The position numbers and the translations under genes are program-made. A stretch of 62,998 bases of DNA, counting the filler, from Phoronis australis (Eukaryota > Animalia > Phoronida), in the NCBI GenBank assembly GCA_002633005.1. It is 7 parts of 7 records of this genome, joined end to end, with 100 filler letters (N's around TTAATTAATTAA, not from the genome) between each part and the next. Parts side by side here need not be neighbours in the genome. Positions count along the whole stretch, not along the records: positions 28,408 to 52,723 come from NMRA01001360.1; 6 more parts are not named here. One strand, 5' to 3'. Positions 38,833 through 50,994 of the stretch are shown here, piece after piece (the first letter of the stretch is position 1; every line of letters begins with the position of its first letter). The notes below the pieces were generated by a model. The model had not been told where the DNA came from. It saw only the letters and a program-made list of their open reading frames with translations, and made no database searches.

Positions 38833-39291
38833 TTGTTGTATCTTACCTTACTTGTATCTTACCTTACTTGTTGTATCTTACCTTACTTGTTGTATCTTAC
38901 CTTACTTCTTGTATCTTACCTTACTTGTTGTATCTTACCTTACTTGTTGTATCTTACCTTACTTCTTGTATCTTACCTTACTTGTTGTATCTTACCTTAC
39001 TTGTTGTATCTTACCTTACTTGTTGTATCTTACCTTACTTGTTGTATCTTACCTTACTTGTTGTATCTTACCTTACTTGTTGTATCTTACCTTACTTGTT
39101 GTATCTTACCTTACTTGTTGTATCTTACCTTACTTGTTGTATCTTACCTTACTTGTTGTATCTTACCTTACTTGTTGTATCTTACCTTACTTGTTGTATC
39201 TTACCTTACTTGTTGTATCTTACCTTACTTGTTGTATCTTACCTTACTTGTTGTATCTTACCTTACTTGTTGTATCTTACCTTACTTGTTG
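38833..39291. repeat. 19-bp minisatellite, about 24 copies (TTGTATCTTACCTTACTTG)
   Basis: Near-perfect tandem array; explains the three repetitive ORFs at 38794-39483. Confidence 0.98.
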
Positions 39292-39300
39292 CAATTACAG

Positions 39301-39426
39301 AGAACCCACATCTTCAAGTGGGATGGTCGACCAGGTCATCGGTGGCAGAAGATGGATGATGTTAAACTAGAATTGCCAAGTGATACACTGATTGAGGCTG
39401 AGTTTGTTCAGGAACTCAGGGGGGAG
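39301..39426 (+). CDS. CMTR1: Isolated exon of cap-specific mRNA 2'-O-methyltransferase 1 (RTHIFKWDGRPGHRWQKMDDVKLELPSDTLIEAEFVQELRGE)
   Basis: ttacag acceptor, GAG|gtaaga donor, 126 nt in phase 0/0. Matches the recalled CMTR1 segment IYTWDGR..RW.KL....ELPRDTLLSVEIVHELKGE. Confidence 0.8.
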
Positions 39427-39802
39427 GTAAGAATCATCTCATTTTATGCCGACGACACTTTGTTCTGGAGTGGCTTAATCTGACTCCAGAATGTATGTTA
39501 CTTTCTGAGACACTTGCAGGATTGGACATTTGCAGGATTGGAGCAGTAATGGATCCTCATATGAATGGTCAGGCCTATTCCAAGGTTATGTAATAATCGT
39601 TTCTCATCAGTTGTAAATTAATTATAGGTTTTTAGGTGACCAAGCAGTTACAGAACTTCGGCTGTAAGCAGTTATGCCTATTATGTACATGCGTTTCATA
39701 GGCAAGGGTTGTTTTGTTTCGGTTTTTTTGATTTGCATCTCCTCAGTGAATTTGTGTCTGAAACATGGCAAAGTAACATATTGTCTAGTATTCCTCAGTT
39801 AT

Positions 39803-41223
39803 TTTTTATGCGTCCACACACAAATATGTGGACGCATTATGCCGTCATCTCCGTCCGTCCATCTGTCCATCCGGGTGGCGTCCGTCCGGTGTCCGCTGCT
39901 CTATCTCCAAAACCCTTTGACATATGTTCATGAAATTTGGCATATATGTTCCATTCATGAATGGGACGGCATGAGCGAACTTTCGGACGGATCCGACTAC
40001 CGGTGTGTCCCCTAGTGGCAATTTTGTTTTTTTTTGGGCCTATGGCTGTATCTCCTAAATCGTTCGCAGAATCTTTACAAAATTTAGTAAGTATATTTAT
40101 ATGATATTAACAACAGATGATGACGACTTTTGGACAGATCCGACTACCGCAGTGCGCCCTAGAGGCAATTTTATTTTTTTATGTTTACCTTTGTATCTTC
40201 AAAAGTCCTTAATGGATTCCCATGAAATTTAATATGTAGGCACCTATTAGTCAGATGACGCTATCCTCCCATTTTCGGATGGATTCAACCTAGTTTGCGC
40301 CACCTAGTGGCTATTTTTATTGTTTTCGAGTTTTTTTGCGTCCACCCCTCTATTAACAAAACCACTTAAACGGTGATTGTAAAAATTGGCATGTATGTGC
40401 TTACTATAAAGAGGACGGTTGACGATGATTTTCCGACAGTTTCGACTACTGTGGGGCCTCCAAGTGGCAGTTTTGTTATTGTTGCGCCTATGGCTGTATC
40501 TCCTAAACCGTTCACAGGATCTTTACTTAATTTAGCAAGTGTATTTATGTGATGTTGACTACGGGTGAGGACGACTTTCAGACAGATCTGACTACTGCTG
40601 TGCCCCCTAGTGTCAGTTTCAGTTTTTTTACATTTAACTCGGTATCTTCAAAGGCCCTCAACAGATTTTCATAAAATTTTTAATATAGGCATCTATTGGT
40701 GTGATGATGCTATCTGCCTGTTTTTGGATGGAATCGAGGTATTTTGCACCACCTAGTGCCCACTTTTGCTGTTTTCAAATCTTATTTTTGGTGTCCATCC
40801 TTTTATCAACCAAATCATTTGAAAATTGGCATATATGTTCTCAGTGTGAAGACGACCTTTGATGATGGTGACTGATTACTCTGGCTCCTCCTAGTGGTAG
40901 TTTTGTTTTGCGCTCATAGTTGTTTATCTTAAACCCACTGCAGGATCTTTACTAAATTTAGTAAGTGTATTTATATGAAGATAACAACAGATGACGACCA
41001 CTTTCAGGTGGATCCAACGGACACTGTGCCAGCTAGTTCTCCTTTGTTTCTCTGAAGTTCCTTGACAGATTTTTATGAAATATGGCATGTTCCTGTTTTT
41101 GGATGGATTGCATGTTTTTGCGCCATCTGGTTTCCATTTTTACGATACAAATAAACAACCCTAAAAGCACACCATTTGCAATGCATTCGTGGGCGCTTTT
41201 CAACGCTCTGCGTTGCTCTTGTT
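39803..41223 (+). mobile_element. Apparently complete HINE (non-autonomous Helentron) with internal ~145-bp tandem core repeats
   Basis: 5' TTTTTATGCGTCCAC with nearby inverted GTGGACGCAT, a (GTCC)n-like microsatellite, core repeats, 3' subTIR GTGGGCGC, hairpin CAACGC-TCT-GCGTTG (41201-41215) and a CTCTTGTT end in a T-run. Confidence 0.85.
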
Positions 41224-42019
41224 TTGGGTAGCATTGTTGATACACTTCATAAGTTTCTCAGTTTTCCTTAGATTACCTTATTTTGAAGTTATGTACTCTC
41301 AACATCTGAATTTCCTTACAAAAATGAACTTAATATGTTTTCCTCAAAAAACTTCAAGTTTTTGGTCTGAAAATTTTATGTTTTATCAGAAAAACGTAAG
41401 TTTTTTGGCAAAAACTTAATTATTTTAGAACAAGTTTTTTGAAACAAACTTAAGTTATCAAAACTTAATTTTTTGACATTTTTCATCTTGTTTCAAATTC
41501 AAACCCTGATAGCAGCACTTTTTAACTTAAACATTGGAACATATGGAGCTGTATCTGTCATGTGGGTGTAGACAGCCCAACCACAACTGTGGTGATTGTT
41601 TTGATTTATGTTTGGATGTCTAGTTCTTCCAAGTACTTCACCAAATTAATAAAAGCCTGTAAACAATGAGGAGATATTAGCAAGCATAACAGTATGTTAT
41701 TAAGCTTCATAAGAATCCAGACATGACCCGTTTACAGGGAAAGTTATTCATGTAAAGATAATGGCATGGTCTTTATAAGTGGTCTTACGTAACCATAATA
41801 GTTTACAGTAAAAATAAAAATTATTATCTCCTGTACAGTAAAAATAAAAATTACTAGCTCCTGTACTCTGACCAATCACATCTTTGCAAAGTTTTTTATT
41901 ACCTCAAAATCATATACAAACATGCATTATTGCCAACCTTTGAATTCAGAAATCGATAGGCAGCAACAAAATCGGTAATCCATTAAGGCACTTGTACTGT
42001 CTCTTCTGTCGCCACACAC

Positions 42020-42654
42020 CGCGGAAGTTACATTCACCAAAATATTGAGAATTTGACATCTTTCCGTGGGTTGTGAGATTTGCTCAAAGTACGAGAGCTT
42101 CTCACCGTAATAGAATTTGGAGGGTTGGCAAAACCTTTGTCACATTTCTGTGGCCTTATTTTTTCGAATATATGATTTATCTAGTGCACTGCAGACGGAA
42201 ACTCAGCGCGGCAGACAATGTCACTGAAAACGGAGGTTTTGACGCCGGCGGCGTTCTTCAACTTTGCAAACATGGGAAGAAAATAAAGTGACAAAAACAT
42301 TCAAGTGTTATATTTTGAAATGAGTCCATGACCCTAGACAATAACTCCTTACTTGTATTGTAATTCACATTGTTAAACCACCGTCTGGGAGGCCCGGCGT
42401 CGTTGCGCTCATTGTGATCATCGATGTTTTTTTAAAAGTCGGGGAATCGCGCGTTTCCTTAGCACTGGGCGCTAAATCTTCATTCTTTAAAAGTCGGGGA
42501 TGGGCGCTTAACCGAGAGGTGGGCGCTTATCTGGAAATCTTCAAAAATCGCAGGGGGCGCTTAACTGAGCAGTGGTCGGTTAAATCGAAAATCCACCTAA
42601 AGTAGAGGGTGGGCGGTTAACTGAGCATGGGCGTTAACCCGAACGTTTATGGTA
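42020..42654 (+). mobile_element. Right-end fragment of the TA-flanked TIR family
   Basis: Homologous to about 33970-34749 and nearly identical to 35649-35970; ends CCCGAACGTTTATGG-TA. Confidence 0.88.
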
Positions 42655-43646
42655 TATTACTACAAGTTAGAATAATTAGATTAGATAATCCACAAACCTA
42701 TTACAGTCCATCTGGGTATGTGGCAGTGTGACTGGCTGACAATAACAACTGAACTTTACATGTTGGATATCAGTCGCAGCACCGTTTGTGGCCAGTTGAC
42801 TTTAGACTGCTCTCTGGCTGTAACTTGAGTTCCACAACTCATGAATTCTTCTTGAAGGCTCTGCAAGTAGTAGTAAAAACTTAATTGTCATGGGCTAGCG
42901 CACAAACATCGTTTTCTTTGAAAACCAGGGCTATAAAATTCAGTTGACTTAAGATGTAAACTGCCTTATGAACACTACTCAACACAAAGGAATCTTGCAC
43001 CATATTGGTCAGCTGGTTCAGATCTTTTATCTGATTTTGTATACCTTACCCTATTGTGCCTGCATTGACTTTCATAATAAAGGGCTATTGTGGAGATGTT
43101 TAAACTGTAGGCTTGGGTAACAATAGGCATTCCTCTGCCTGTTACTAAAGACCAAGCTACACCACAAGGGAAAGCACTACTTTCAGCCTTTAGCTGGCCA
43201 AGCTTAGATATCTGTGTCCATTTCAGTTGGCAGTGTTTTCGAAGAACTTCGGCCCAAGTATAAGTATTACACTTCATTTCCCTCTGATAGCATGAAGCGC
43301 GCTTATCCCGAGTAAGAGATGATGGCTGTTGGAAGTTTAAACATTTGAAATGTTCGTTGTAGAAGGATGTTTTACGAATACCATAATCATAGCTAGGGCC
43401 AAAACAGAACAGTATTTTTAAAGTCAGATAAGTTTTTTACTATTCAAAGGCCAACTATTCTGATAGTGTTTTTGAATTCCAAGTTCGTACGCCACATGAT
43501 GCATCGTCTGAGCAGAGTCTCAAAACTCCCGAGAAATAAGTAACTGGTGTCAAATTCACGCTACTCTTGATTTAAAATACGTAGGACCATTGTGCACTGA
43601 GATAGTACAATTCTCTGATCCCATTAGAAGACTAATCAATCGCGAG

Positions 43647-43881
43647 CATGCGCGCGCCCAGCCTTGAAAATGGGGGGCTCAAATTTCTGTCCATGTGGAC
43701 AAAAAATCGAGAGGACTAAAAAAACGGGGTACCACCTTTCAGAACTGTGCGTATGCATCTTTTTTAGTGGACTTCTGTCTCCTTTTCTCGGACTTTTCGT
43801 TTCTCTGAGATGGACCTTTTTGCCCACTTCGCCAAATGGGGAGCTCACTCGAGCCCCCGAACCCCCCTGAGTGCGCGCATG
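43647..43881. mobile_element. 235-bp MITE with CATGCGCGC TIRs and a 5-bp GCGAG direct flank
   Basis: CATGCGCGCGCCCAG ... CTGAGTGCGCGCATG; GCGAG at 43642-43646 and 43882-43886. Confidence 0.75.
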
Positions 43882-44645
43882 GCGAGTACCAGTGTAGGCA
43901 AAACAGTACATTCGACTTTACTTGGTAACATTTACAGAAGAAAAGTATTTTGCTTCTCCAAACGAGAAACTGGAATATCTTTAAATGATTAAAAATGAGG
44001 TATTCAAAGAGATGGAGTTGAGAAATAATAATACAATCAGTTTCCTCATCTCAGCTTCAAATGAAGTTTACATGTACAGGCAAACATTCTTTTTTATCAT
44101 ATTTGTATTTGGATGAATTCTCAACTCTTTTAACTGTTTTTCTATAAATAATCTCGTAGGAAACAAAAATGACTTTAAATCTTTTATTTATGTGTACTGT
44201 GACTCAAAACCTGACAAATCTAAAACAGTTTTAATACATGTCATGCAAAAATGGACCTAGCATATGAGCAATATATATAAAAGAATGAAAGAGGGCAATG
44301 ACACCATACGCAAACAATTGCACCATTCATACGAGTAGTCATAGTCTACCTATAATAGGAATACTATTCATGTAAGTTATCTGGTCAACATCTAACTCAG
44401 TAGATACCTATAGAAAATGATATTATGAGCAACACCTAAAAATAACTTGCATGTGTGCAATTTCGACAAAACTACTTGCTGCCACTGAAAGAAGATTGTG
44501 CTCACAGCATCATTTTTCTTCATGTTGCATCCTATCACATGAAGCAGGGTGGCCATCATATAAAAATATACAATCAAATGAAAATGTTCACAGAAAGACA
44601 TGTTACCGTACAAAAAACCTTGTACCATCCATATGCCGACCAATC

Positions 44646-44655
44646 ATATATATAC

Positions 44656-44692
<37 letters not shown>
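44646..44692. repeat. (TA)n microsatellite
   Basis: Directly visible. Confidence 0.95.
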
Positions 44693-44693
<1 letters not shown>

Positions 44694-44699
44694 CAGCAA

Positions 44700-45806
44700 A
44701 TGCCAACACTAACAATGTTGGCTACATGGTAGTAATCGTGTGATTGAGGATGCTATTGCTAGAGACATTTGATCATTCCCACACAATGTACGACTAGTGT
44801 GTGCGACAAAATAGAACTTCTGGGTATCTCCAATGCTATGGAGTTGGTAAACTACTAAATCAGACATACACCTAAAATAGTAAACAATACCCATGACTAT
44901 CATATAGGGGCTTGCAAAAATAATTATAATCATATATAATAGACAATCAGCAACAAAAAATAATATCAGAAATGGCTGTGGCAGAAAACTGAAAATGACT
45001 TGCCGTTGGATCTAAACAAGTTTTTTCACTCAGTACATGCCATTCTTAGCTACTAAGTGTTTTACGTTGGTATCAAACAATGAAACAATCCTTGTTAATG
45101 TAATATAGCATCTTCAAAAATACACAACAAAATGGCAACGTTCAATGGAAATGAGGCAATGTAAAAACCAAGCACCATCCATACATATATACATCAGCAA
45201 GCACCAACACAATTGTGTCACACAAATGATCAATTACAATGGCCACATGGTTTCAATCGTATGATTGAGACATCTGCAATGTTTTCAAAAAATACACAAC
45301 TAGTGTGTGTAAAAATGGAACACCTTGGGAGCACCAAAATGGAGTTGGTAACAAAGAAAACTTTGAATGAAAAATTATACGAAGTGCTTGGTCGGATACG
45401 CACCAACAAAATAGTAACCCGTACACATCTATCACACACGGTTTTTCAAAAATGGTTTTGGTTATTTGTATAACACTCAGTGAGCAAGAACAATACAATA
45501 TCTAGATCATGGCAGTAAAACTGAAAAGGACTTGCCGTTAGATCGAAACAAGCTTTTTCACTTAACACATACCATTACTTGCTACTAAGAGTTTTGCGTT
45601 GGTATCAAACAATGAAATTATCCTTATTAATGCAATATAACATCTTCAAAAATACACAACAAAATACACAACTAGTGTGTGTAAAAATGGAACACCTTGG
45701 GTGTCAGCAATGTCATGGAGTTTGTAGAATTTTTATTCAAAATTTTTTATTGCCAAGCACCAACCAAATATTAACCCGTACATGTCTGTCATACAAGGTG
45801 TTTCAA
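44700..45806. repeat. Diverged tandem duplication with a period of about 530 bp
   Basis: TGGCAG(T)AAAACTGAAAA(T/G)GACTTGCCGTT...GTTGGTATCAAACAATGAAA occurs near 44979 and 45510; ACAACTAGTGTGTGTAAAAATGGAACACCTTGGG occurs twice. Confidence 0.8.
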
Positions 45807-46500
45807 NTTGACACAGTGGAGCTGTAGTAAACTGAACACCTGATCAAAGCAAAGGCTCAACATCTCGCCAGATGGTATAGTCTGGTAGGTGTCGCTACCA
45901 GAGGTTTCAACATGCAGCAAGTCATCGACTGTAGCAGTGGTGGGTGGTGATTGGCTATCATTGACCTTTGCTTGAGATGGGGTACGGCAGTGACCAGAGC
46001 ATTATGCACTTCTTCTGCTTCCATAGATGCTAAGAACTGCAACTGCATGCAAAGCCAGTTAACATTCTGGTGTGAGGACTGATATTATGTAGCAGCTTAC
46101 CCTTCCCAAAACACACCAGGTGTACACGCTTCCTCAAAATATTACTCACTTTTTAAACTCCAAGTTCATAAACTCCGAAAACAGACATCCTTGTAATGTG
46201 AATTAATTAAAACCACTGCAGATCTGTACACCAGCCACAGTAGGGGAGTAACACATTTATACACAAATTCTAATTCAGAAAGACAGCAATATCTCCATGC
46301 ATCTAGAAAACAATTAAAACCTTAGTCTAATTTGCTCATAACGGACAGAATAACAGTGCCAAAATAAGAGTGTCTTCTTCGTTAGTACCACAACAGAATT
46401 GCTACATACATTTTTAATAATTACTGCACCAAGTTATTCACTAAATTCAAAAGAAGTGTGAATTGTCCCACTGAAGATCCACCGAGACAATTCCACCGAC

Positions 46501-46684
46501 CTTAAGCCTGAGTTCAGCACAACAGTCCACACCATATTCTAGTCTAGCATCCAGCGCTGTAGACACATGGGCCGGTCCAGCACCATTATTACGGTGAGAT
46601 GCCAAAGGAACTTCATTCTTTTCCTTGAGTGAATTTTTGGGCTTGTTCATACTATTTGCAGTCATACTACTCAGGTCATTGTAC
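46501..46684 (-). CDS. Candidate exon of an unknown gene (YNDLSSMTANSMNKPKNSLKEKNEVPLASHRNNGAGPAHVSTALDARLEYGVDCCAELRLK)
   Basis: tttctgtag acceptor, AAG|gtcggt donor and an open frame; no recognisable homology. Confidence 0.25.
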
Positions 46685-46957
46685 CTACAGAAACACATTT
46701 GCCAAATATTAAGAGTACTTATACTCTGCGTCATTAGCAAAGTTTTTTGTTAACACTTTCACTGGAAGATTATTTGTTGGTGGCTTGTTACGAAACCTTC
46801 AAGGAAACATGCGCATTACATTGTATTATGATGTGTTACAACACCATATTGATGGTTCACAAAGGGTTTTGGTTGAAATTCAGAATCATGCCCCAGCTAA
46901 TATGATGTCCGGGGGTGGGGGCAATAGGCCCCCCAAAAGTTTTCAGGCATCAGGGTA

Positions 46958-47869
46958 CACCTGCGTAGCAGACGGTAGCTGTGCTGTCGTTTTAACCCAG
47001 TTGTGGTCACGTGCTGACCCATTTTTCCTGTTTTGATCAGTGCACTCCCATAATAAACAACTTAACTGACGGTCACGTAGACAAGGACTACCAGCAGTTC
47101 CGAATTTCAGTTCAAAATTATTTCGAGATTACAGAATGTACTCCTGGTCTGAATGGTCAAAAAGCATAAAAATGTATAATCAATCACGAAATCGGGTTCA
47201 ACTATTCAGTTGCCATGCACTGTGACGAGAGTACTCGAAAGACGGGGATCTCGATAACCCGGCAATTACACTCACCAAAATATAAAGAATTTATCAACTT
47301 TTCGCGGTTCATGGGAATTCTTCAAAATCCCGAGAGCTTATAACCTAAAGCGCATTGAGAGGGTTGGCAAAACCAATGTCACATTTCTCTGACCTGGTTA
47401 TTTCGAATGCATCTTTTATATAGTGCACTGTAGTCGATAACTCAGTGCGGCAGAGATAGTGGCTAAAAGTGGAGGTGTAGACGCCAGCGCGGCTCCTAAA
47501 GTTTGCGAACATGAGAAGAAAAGAAAGTGACAAAGTGTTCAAGTATTACATTTTGAAGTTAATCGATGACCCGTTACAATAATTTGTTACTGGCATCATA
47601 ATTCACATTGCTAAACCGCGGTCTCTGAGGCCGTCGTTGCACTTAATGTTATCATCGATCTTAATCTAAAAGGTCGGGGATTCGCATTTCCTATTAGCAC
47701 AGGGCGGTAATCACCAATCGTCAAAAGTAGGGGATGGGCGCTTAACCGAGAGGTGGGCGCTTAATTGGAAATCTTCAAAAATAGCAGGGGGGCGGTTAAA
47801 TCGAAAATCCACCTAAAGTAGGGGTGGGCGGTTAACTGAGCATGGGCGTTAACCCGAACGATTACGGTA
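46958..47869 (+). mobile_element. 5'-truncated, internally deleted copy of the TA-flanked TIR family
   Basis: Near-identical to segments of 32630-34749; ends GGGCGTTAACCCGAACGATTACGG-TA. Confidence 0.92.
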
Positions 47870-48589
47870 ATCAGTCGGTCAACCAGCAAAGTTATATGCC
47901 TTGGTAACTGCCGGGTTTTCTCACCATTATTAAAAATATGTAAAGTCGCATGCTTTAATTATTTAGACTTTTCCTTCATGGAGATTAGAAAGACAGTGAA
48001 CTCTGTTTATAGAAATTAAAGATTTAGGGAACAGTACATTGCATTTATTTTCATAGCATTTTAGAAGCAAGAAAATGGCAAAAGACAGAACACAAGGAAT
48101 CGGTGATGAACACAAGATAAGGTCTGTCAGTTGTCACCTTGTTGAATTTTTTAAGCCTTCATGGAGCCCATGAAATCTTAGGGAGGCTAACTTGGTACTG
48201 TACAGAAAACACATTACAAAAACAATGAATTACAATTTGCTTTTAACATTGTCATTCATTTTTGAAACATCCAAATTCTATGATAGGTACTTAAAAAGTT
48301 CTGAACAAACTACGAATAATGCAAAATTCTCTGTTTCTACTCATAGTTCTAACAGAATTACAGTAGAACATACTGGAACTGATCTCAGAAAATCATTTTG
48401 CTTGGCAACAGCATTAAAGGTAGATCACATATCAGAAAAGGATTTACAAAATATGACCCAGGCAAATAGCTAAATTCAAAACTAACACAATTAAAAACAA
48501 CAGAACATCTGCAGAACTTTCATGCCAATACAGTGCTAATAAAAGGAAGTACTTCTCCATAAGACAAGTTAATGCAACAAGTGCACATA

Positions 48590-48856
48590 CAGCATAAGCC
48601 AAACGTATTCAGACAAAATGACCCAGGAGTTCCTGTTATGATGGCTGGGCAGAAGTCAAACTCATCGTCAGAGCAGTCTTCCCCCCATGACCGAGGAAGG
48701 GAATTATCAGGAAAGTTAGTAACGTGGCTCAGCCATTCTGCAATCAGAATTTTCCCATCCTAGTTATTATTACCATTGATTTTCGCAGTCACAAAAATTA
48801 ACTGTCATGAAGGAAAACGGCATTTTATCTGTCTTGATTACTTTTGTCTTGTACTA
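48590..48856 (+). mobile_element. Second full copy of the 12892-13157 MITE
   Basis: TA-CAGCATAAGCCAAACGTATTCAGACAAAATGA ... TTAGTAACGTGGCT ... TTACTTTTGTCTTGTACT. Confidence 0.75.
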
Positions 48857-50166
48857 GCACATCACACCTGCTGTAGCATGTTAAATTTCACAACAAACAT
48901 GCTATAACGAGTAGTTTTTATTTACAATTTTGTTCCACAAAACAAGCAATATTTAGCCTTTGCTGTGACATGACAATTAACATTCATTTTGTGTTAAATG
49001 AAAGCTGAGTGAAAGCTGAAGACAATAAGGCTTTATAGAGGTGGGTATAACAACACATACATTTTAACAAAATAACTGAACACACAAAAAGGTGACCAAG
49101 GCTCACACTAACCATCTCAGTCTTGACAGATTGGGCATTAGATGTATCATCCAATTTCAACAAAATGTAACCTATCACAACACAGTCTCATCAGGGGGCG
49201 TAGGTGTGAGTGTGGTAGTGATGTTGAAACCCCTAAACCAGTGGCGGATCTACGGGAGCAGCAAACCAAAACGGCACTGCCAAAGTGTGAAAACTATAAG
49301 TATACTACTAGGGATTCACCCTGAAAACATAATTTCTTTTCATTGTGAATTGCTGTAATCATGAAAAGCAATGCATTTTGAGTTTTCGTGGCTCATCGAC
49401 AAGTACTGCGTTGTTCAATTGTGCATGCGCTTTCGTCCATGCTTCTGAAGTAGCCAAGCACTTTAGATGGATCCACCATGGAAAAAGCAGATCTATAGCT
49501 GATTTTTTAAGGTATCTAGCCTCTGTAGTTAAAGATATGTTTTGATTTGATTAGGAAAAACACTATGGTACCACAACAGATATTCAGGTGAATCAAGGTA
49601 CAACGTTTTACCTCATCTGTCATGTCTTGTCATGCTATTACACCCCACATGTTTGTAACTTGAATTTGGCTGGTGTATACTTTTTTGTTTTGCGCAATAA
49701 TCATACAGTATACAAGTTAAGTATTATGTTAATTTAAATCATTTTCTGAAGAATTGCTGTTGTGGCGGGCACTGTGGTCTGGTCCTTCTCAAGATACACC
49801 CTAGCAGATTAGGCTTATACAAGGAATAAGCCCAGAGGGTGGCACTCACATTGACAAGGTGACCACATTCGCGAACAGTGTACAATACCAGAAATTGTTT
49901 TCTCAGTAAATAGTCGGTGGGCCAGATCTCGTAGCGTTCATCCTTGTGAGTACTTTCGGGGGGCAACCTGGTTTTTTCTGTATGGCTAGATAATATACCA
50001 ATAAATCAAATTCCAAAAAGTTCCCACGTCTACAGTTGCACATTTTTTTTAAAAAAAAGCGTTTTTGTTGCAAGAAATATTATACACGTTTTTGCCACCA
50101 GGTAGAGCTTCTCGTTCAATTTGACCAATCACAGAGCCAGATTGTGTTGTGCTGAATGACTTCAAT

Positions 50167-50683
50167 ATGGCAGCTCCCACGGAGGGAGATGCCTGTATTA
50201 TTCACGTTTGTGAAATGACAATAAATTGTGAATATCAGAAGCTCAATAAGTTTACAAAAGCATCTTGGGAAAAGTTAAAAGAATGTGCAGCTCAATGGAC
50301 CAATTTAGACGGGAAAGAAAAGGAAGTGTGTCAGAAATTTATGCAAGAAAACAGGAGCTTTACTCCATTGAAATATCATATGTCTTGCTATAGAAGGATA
50401 ACAGACAGGACAAAAATTGACCGTGCTAAGAAGCGCACAGCGAAGTTTCTGGAAACCAACAGTTGTGCTAAAAATGAAGAAGATAAAAGTGTCACAGACG
50501 TTAACCCTGAAAAACCAAGGAACTCAATGAGACTTTCCAAATCGGAACTACAAAAACCAACCACCAGAAGTTCATACATTCTTCCAGCCGAGTGTGTTAT
50601 CTGTCAACAAGAAAAATATGTTGTAGACAGCATTTCTAGAAAGAGAAGGAAAGAACACCTTTCTAGCTTTGAGTATATAACAG
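50167..50683 (+). CDS. Academ-like transposase exon 1 (MAAPTEGDACIIH...YHMSCYRRIT...LPAECVICQQEK...)
   Basis: AATATGG start, CIIH / YHxxCY / CxxC zinc-finger-like motifs and an ACAG|gtatgt phase-1 donor. Confidence 0.7.
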
Positions 50684-50994
50684 GTATGTAATTTTGTAAA
50701 ATACATTTTATTTTGTGTGTTCTAGTGTGTTCACTATTATCACCAGGTTTGTGTTTTAGATTTCCCTATATTACAAGTATTGACCATTGCTTATTCAAAA
50801 TGCTAACTGGATTTGGCAATTAATTATGAAGGTTGCTTCTTTAATCTGGGAAACTCGTGCCCATTTTTGGAAAGGTTTAATTGTTGAAATGAACATTTTT
50901 TAGGCGACAGATCAGACGGCGTGCAAACATGTTAGGCTGGTGGTTGATCAAGGTTTAGTCAGCCCAACTGAAAAATTTGCATATCAACACAATA

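Noticed and set aside
38833-39291. CRISPR-like array (also considered for 975-1518 and 37011-37157)
   Set aside because: Units are contiguous with no unique spacers, there are no cas genes, and the context is eukaryotic.
38794-39483. Long hydrophobic ORFs (229, 180 and 172 aa)
   Set aside because: Translations of a stop-free 19-bp tandem repeat; only 39301-39426 is a credible exon.
42975-43277. 100-aa minus-strand ORF as a further MYCBPAP exon
   Set aside because: No resemblance to recalled MYCBPAP sequence and no convincing splice-site pair.
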